This document shows, piece after piece, positions 61,018-64,000 of a DNA stretch of 64,000 nt. The DNA comes from an uncultured Coriobacteriia bacterium (GTDB lineage: Bacteria; Actinomycetota; Coriobacteriia; Anaerosomatales; JAAXUF01). The stretch's first letter is position 1; every line of letters begins with the position of its first letter. The notes under the pieces are model-generated. The model did no database searches. It was not told the origin of the DNA and was given only the letters and a program-made list of their open reading frames with translations. The translations under genes were made by a program, and so were the position numbers. The stretch is taken from positions 760,135 to 824,134 of the forward strand of contig CAWDNM010000006.1 in assembly GCA_963803785.1 (NCBI GenBank), in the 5' to 3' direction.

Positions 61018-63803
61018 TCAGATCTCGAGCTTGCCCTGCGCGGTCCCGCTGATGGATGAGCCCGACGAGGCCAGCTTCACAATCTCCGGCCAGGCTACGA
61101 CTAGCGCGTTGAATGGCATGGCGTCCCGGCTCCAGCCCTTCTTCTCGCAGACGGCGAAGAGGCGGTACGCAAGGTCACGAGCGATTTCGCCATACGCAGC
61201 ACCGACGCGAGCGAGCAAGTCAGCCGCTCCGCTCTCGCCACGCATCTTCGAGCGAACGCACGAGATACTGTGCGACCTCCCAGACGGTGAGCATCTTGTC
61301 AGTCGCTGGGTCCCAGTCATCCGCAAGCTCATCGCGTTGGAGGAGGCGAACCTTCCCTGCACCCGACTCAACGAAGCCGTCATGTGCGAGTGTGTCGACG
61401 GAAATGGCCTTGGCTTTGGCCAGGATGTCCGCGACTCCGTACGCCCCCTCAGAGAACCCCTCTTGTTCGAACCATGCGAGCGCCCAGCGAGTCGCCGGAT
61501 CATACTCACTGTCTTGCTCCGAGAGCACCTCGTCCAGCACTTGATTTACTAGCGCGAGTGCCGCACGCACCGGCATCGCAGAATCCGTCCGCTTCGACGA
61601 CCTTCGAGTACGCCGAGAAGACGCCCATTCCCGGTCCAATCGCTGCCTGCGCGAGGTCGACTGGCGCGATGTTGCCATGCTGCAGAACGCGGAGTGCATC
61701 CGGTAGCTCACGCCGGAGCGCGCTGACGAATTCGCTACGCGTCGCCATCGGTGCCGACGACTCGCGTGGACGGCATACGAGAACGATAGATGAGGCCAGG
61801 GCATTCGTGCCCGACGCTGTCGGACGGTTCGAGAGCTCACTTCGCATAGGCCACGTTCCGAGCACGACGAAGCCCGCGGCCAAGAGACCTTCTAGCATCG
61901 TTTCCCAGCCAGTCGATGCCGTCTCGGTGTCATCAGTCTCAGCTTGCTTGAATGCGTAGTAGACAGTCAGTGGGAACCGCACGTCGTGCGCGTCCCGCAT
62001 CCGCTCGAACGCATGACCGAGGCCCGTTTCAAAGAACTCCTGAGCTTTGTGCCTGTCTCCACCAAAGCGATACGGCGTGGCCACAAGTTCCTGCGCCTTG
62101 GGCACGAGCAGGGTACTCATCAGCTGCGGATAAACGCTGCCGAGCGATTGCCGGAGCCAAACGTAGAAGAAGTCCGAGAGGTCTGCATAGCCGATGTTGT
62201 CGTAGTAGGGCGGATCGGTGGAGATCATCGGCCTCACAACTTGTTCGATTGCGGCCGCCGCGTCCATCTGATGTGCCTCACCAGTTGCGCGCGGACAGGA
62301 GGCCTCGAGCACGCGGATGAGGCTACCTAGGGACACTTCATAGTCTCCTGCCGCACCACCGAAGATGTTGTTTTCCGCGTAGTCCCAAATCATTGGGATT
62401 GCCTGGCGGCCGAAGAGATTTCGCACCTGCGTCTTGCTACTCTCCCAGCGGCACAGAGAGTTGCTGATGTCCGCAAGTCGACTGACCCCGAAACCTAGGT
62501 AGGTGGCGACCGCGTCCGCGTACGCCCGCGCGCCGGAACCGCCATCCTCCATGGAGACGTCATCGTTGGGCATCCCGCTAGCGAGCGCATCCAGAAGGAC
62601 CCGCTCGCGTGCCTCTCCCACGAGATCGCAGAATGTGCCCAACGCAACGAGCTGCCGAGGCGTGAACAAGTCGGAGAACTTCGTCATGCCGTAGTTTGGT
62701 GTCTTGAAATCGCGTGGGTTGTGCGGCAGCGGTACATCCGGCTTCCAAGAGGGTACCGCCGACTCTGAAATACGGACATGCTCGTCATTTGGCTCGACGT
62801 AGAGCCGGCCTCGCGCACTTTCAGCGACAATAGCTATTAGCCGCTGGCCCATTCGACCGGCCCGTCCCTCTGCGCGAACGTGCTCGAACGGCACCGAGGA
62901 ACCACAGACTACGCAGCGTCCCCCACGGCGGTTTACAGTGCCGTCTTGGGGTACCCCCTCCCCAGTCCGCACCTTAAAGCGCACCCGCTTGGTCTCCCTA
63001 TCCACGACCGGCTCAACCCACGCGCCTTGTCCCTTCTTCTTGGACAACCACCATTTGTTCGTGAGCGGCATCTCAGCGTGACACGCCGGGTTGGGGCATT
63101 CCACTGTCCGCACCCAGAGCCACGCGATTACGGTAGCCTCGCCGCCGCCATATATCGCCGGCAGTTCAACCCTCGGATAGAGCATCCCGATGCGTTCCTG
63201 TGCTTGCTCGCGCATCCACGCGCCATAGCGGCGCACGTCCTCGGCAAGCCCTCGAGCATGAAGCCACACTCCCGCCCCCAGAGTCGCGGCGTCTGCATCA
63301 GGGTGAACGGGCGCTCGACCTGCAAAACGGGGCGGTATTTCGATGAGTCCCTTTGTGATGAGCACCGCGACGGGGTTGAGGTCACTGCCATGCGCCTCAA
63401 GTCCCAGCCTCTGCGCCTCAAGCGGGATGGATCCTCCGCCGCAGAATGGGTCGAGCACAGGCGGGGCGTCGCCGTTCGTCGAACGGACTATCTCCGCGCG
63501 TGCGGCGGCCAACACAGCTTCGTTACCGGTGTTCTCCCACTTCACGAGTTCCTCAATGACGCGGAACAAACGCTGGCGCTCAATCTCCTGGAGCTCACTC
63601 GTAGGGTATTGGTCGGGATGCGCTGATGGGTCGTCCACGAGCGATGAAAAGAGCACCGCGCGGCACGTCGCAAGCGGCTTGCGGGACCACCACAGGTGGA
63701 GCGTCGAGGGATGGCCGTGCCGGATGGACTTCTCTTTCGCCGACGCAACGTTAATCGCTTCAAGCGGCAGCGCTACCTCGATCAGCTTCTTCTTGTAGGT
63801 CAC
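61018..63803 (-). CDS. DUF1156-type (COG1743-like) DNA methyltransferase with Zn-ribbon (two frame changes in the 3' quarter)
   Basis: Track ORF 61506..63803 plus pieces in 61220..61840 and 61018..61509. The DUF1156 N-terminus is KKLIEVALPLEAINVASAKEKSIRHGHPSTLHLWWSRKPLA. The SAM motif is VLDPFCGGGSIPLEA, the Cys clusters are CPNPACH...CVVCGS, and the catalytic motif is MISTDPPYYDNIGYADLSDFFYVW. Confidence 0.85.
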
Positions 63804-63828
63804 TAGACTCCTGAATCGTCAGCTGGGT

Positions 63829-64000
63829 TCAGCGGATCTGGCGTACAGGTCCGGCCAACGTGTAGTTCACGCTCGTCGCGTCAAAGATGATCCCGGCATC
63901 GCCGGCGAACGGACAGCGCACGTATCGCACGCTGGTTCCCCCGTCCGCACCCACGCGCACGAGAGCGAGCACGTAGTCCTCCCCCTTGTTCAGTCCGTGG
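63829..64000 (-). CDS. 3' end of an upstream operon gene (partial, function unknown)
   Basis: The open frame to the window edge reads ...HGLNKGEDYVLALVRVGADGGTSVRYVRCPFAGDAGIIFDATSVNYTLAGPVRQIR-stop (TGA at 63829-63831). It ends 25 nt before the methyltransferase start. Confidence 0.5.
   Translation of the reverse strand, partial: HGLNKGEDYVLALVRVGADGGTSVRYVRCPFAGDAGIIFDATSVNYTLAGPVRQIR

Larger units (their letters stand above)
35900..64000. mobile_element. putative horizontally acquired mosaic region (boundaries uncertain, right end beyond window)
   Basis: G+C is visibly lower than on the left (spot counts ~57-62% versus ~70%). A tRNA remnant with repeats sits at the left edge. Cargo is typical of islands: Fic, Cd/Zn resistance, wall hydrolases, a tyrosine recombinase and a methyltransferase/ATPase defence operon. 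No conjugation, phage or transposase genes were seen. Confidence 0.4.

Noticed and set aside
36000-64000. Calling the right-hand region a prophage, ICE or IS-bounded transposon.
   Set aside because: I found no capsid, tail, terminase, relaxase, T4SS/FtsK-type or transposase genes and no matching terminal repeats within the window. Only a generic mosaic-island label is justified.

Overview
This 64-kb window looks like an Actinomycetota-type chromosome segment. Spot counts of single lines give about 70% G+C on the left, about 63% in the middle and about 57-62% on the right.

Left part (1-23 kb):
- A rhodanese, a MarR regulator with an RND efflux pump, and a GT2 glycosyltransferase.
- The classic actinobacterial wall and division signalling cluster: an extra Ser/Thr kinase, fhaA, fhaB, pstP, rodA/ftsW, pbpA and PASTA-bearing pknB.
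- A TIGR04076 protein, a stand-alone 5xPASTA lipoprotein, an amidase_3 with wall-binding repeats, and a GT39-like membrane protein.

Middle part (23-36 kb):
- An HD-GYP sensor.
- A clustered paralog family of secreted beta-propeller (PD40/TolB-like, RCC1-like) and Ig/FN3-like proteins. Its core members end in the same basic, aromatic C-terminal module.
- A 647-bp near-identical direct repeat between two neighbouring members, and three truncated remnants.
- I rate this family the best candidate for something undescribed.

Right part (36-64 kb): at about 36.03 kb a decayed tRNA-Arg(CCU) 5' half and short repeats coincide with a compositional break. The rest reads as an accessory mosaic:
- Fic, and cadA/cadC with a cad-type operator. 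cadA has an in-frame TGA at the first Cys of its CxxC motif.
- An ICMT-like protein, M23 and NlpC/P60 hydrolases, an orphan ccmF, and a cupredoxin fusion.
- Small genes bracketed by a roughly 45-nt dispersed repeat.
- A DszB-like desulfinase with a rhodanese and a BASS transporter.
- A catalytic-domain-only tyrosine recombinase and a 15-16xHEAT protein.
- A HEPN-DUF499 ATPase plus DUF1156 methyltransferase defence operon that runs off the window edge.

Caveats: many genes can only be read by changing frame repeatedly, and the density of these breaks is very uneven. I interpret them as consensus indel errors rather than biology. Coordinates of such genes are reconstructions from several ORF-track pieces. 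No complete rRNA or tRNA gene, CRISPR array or transposase was found.
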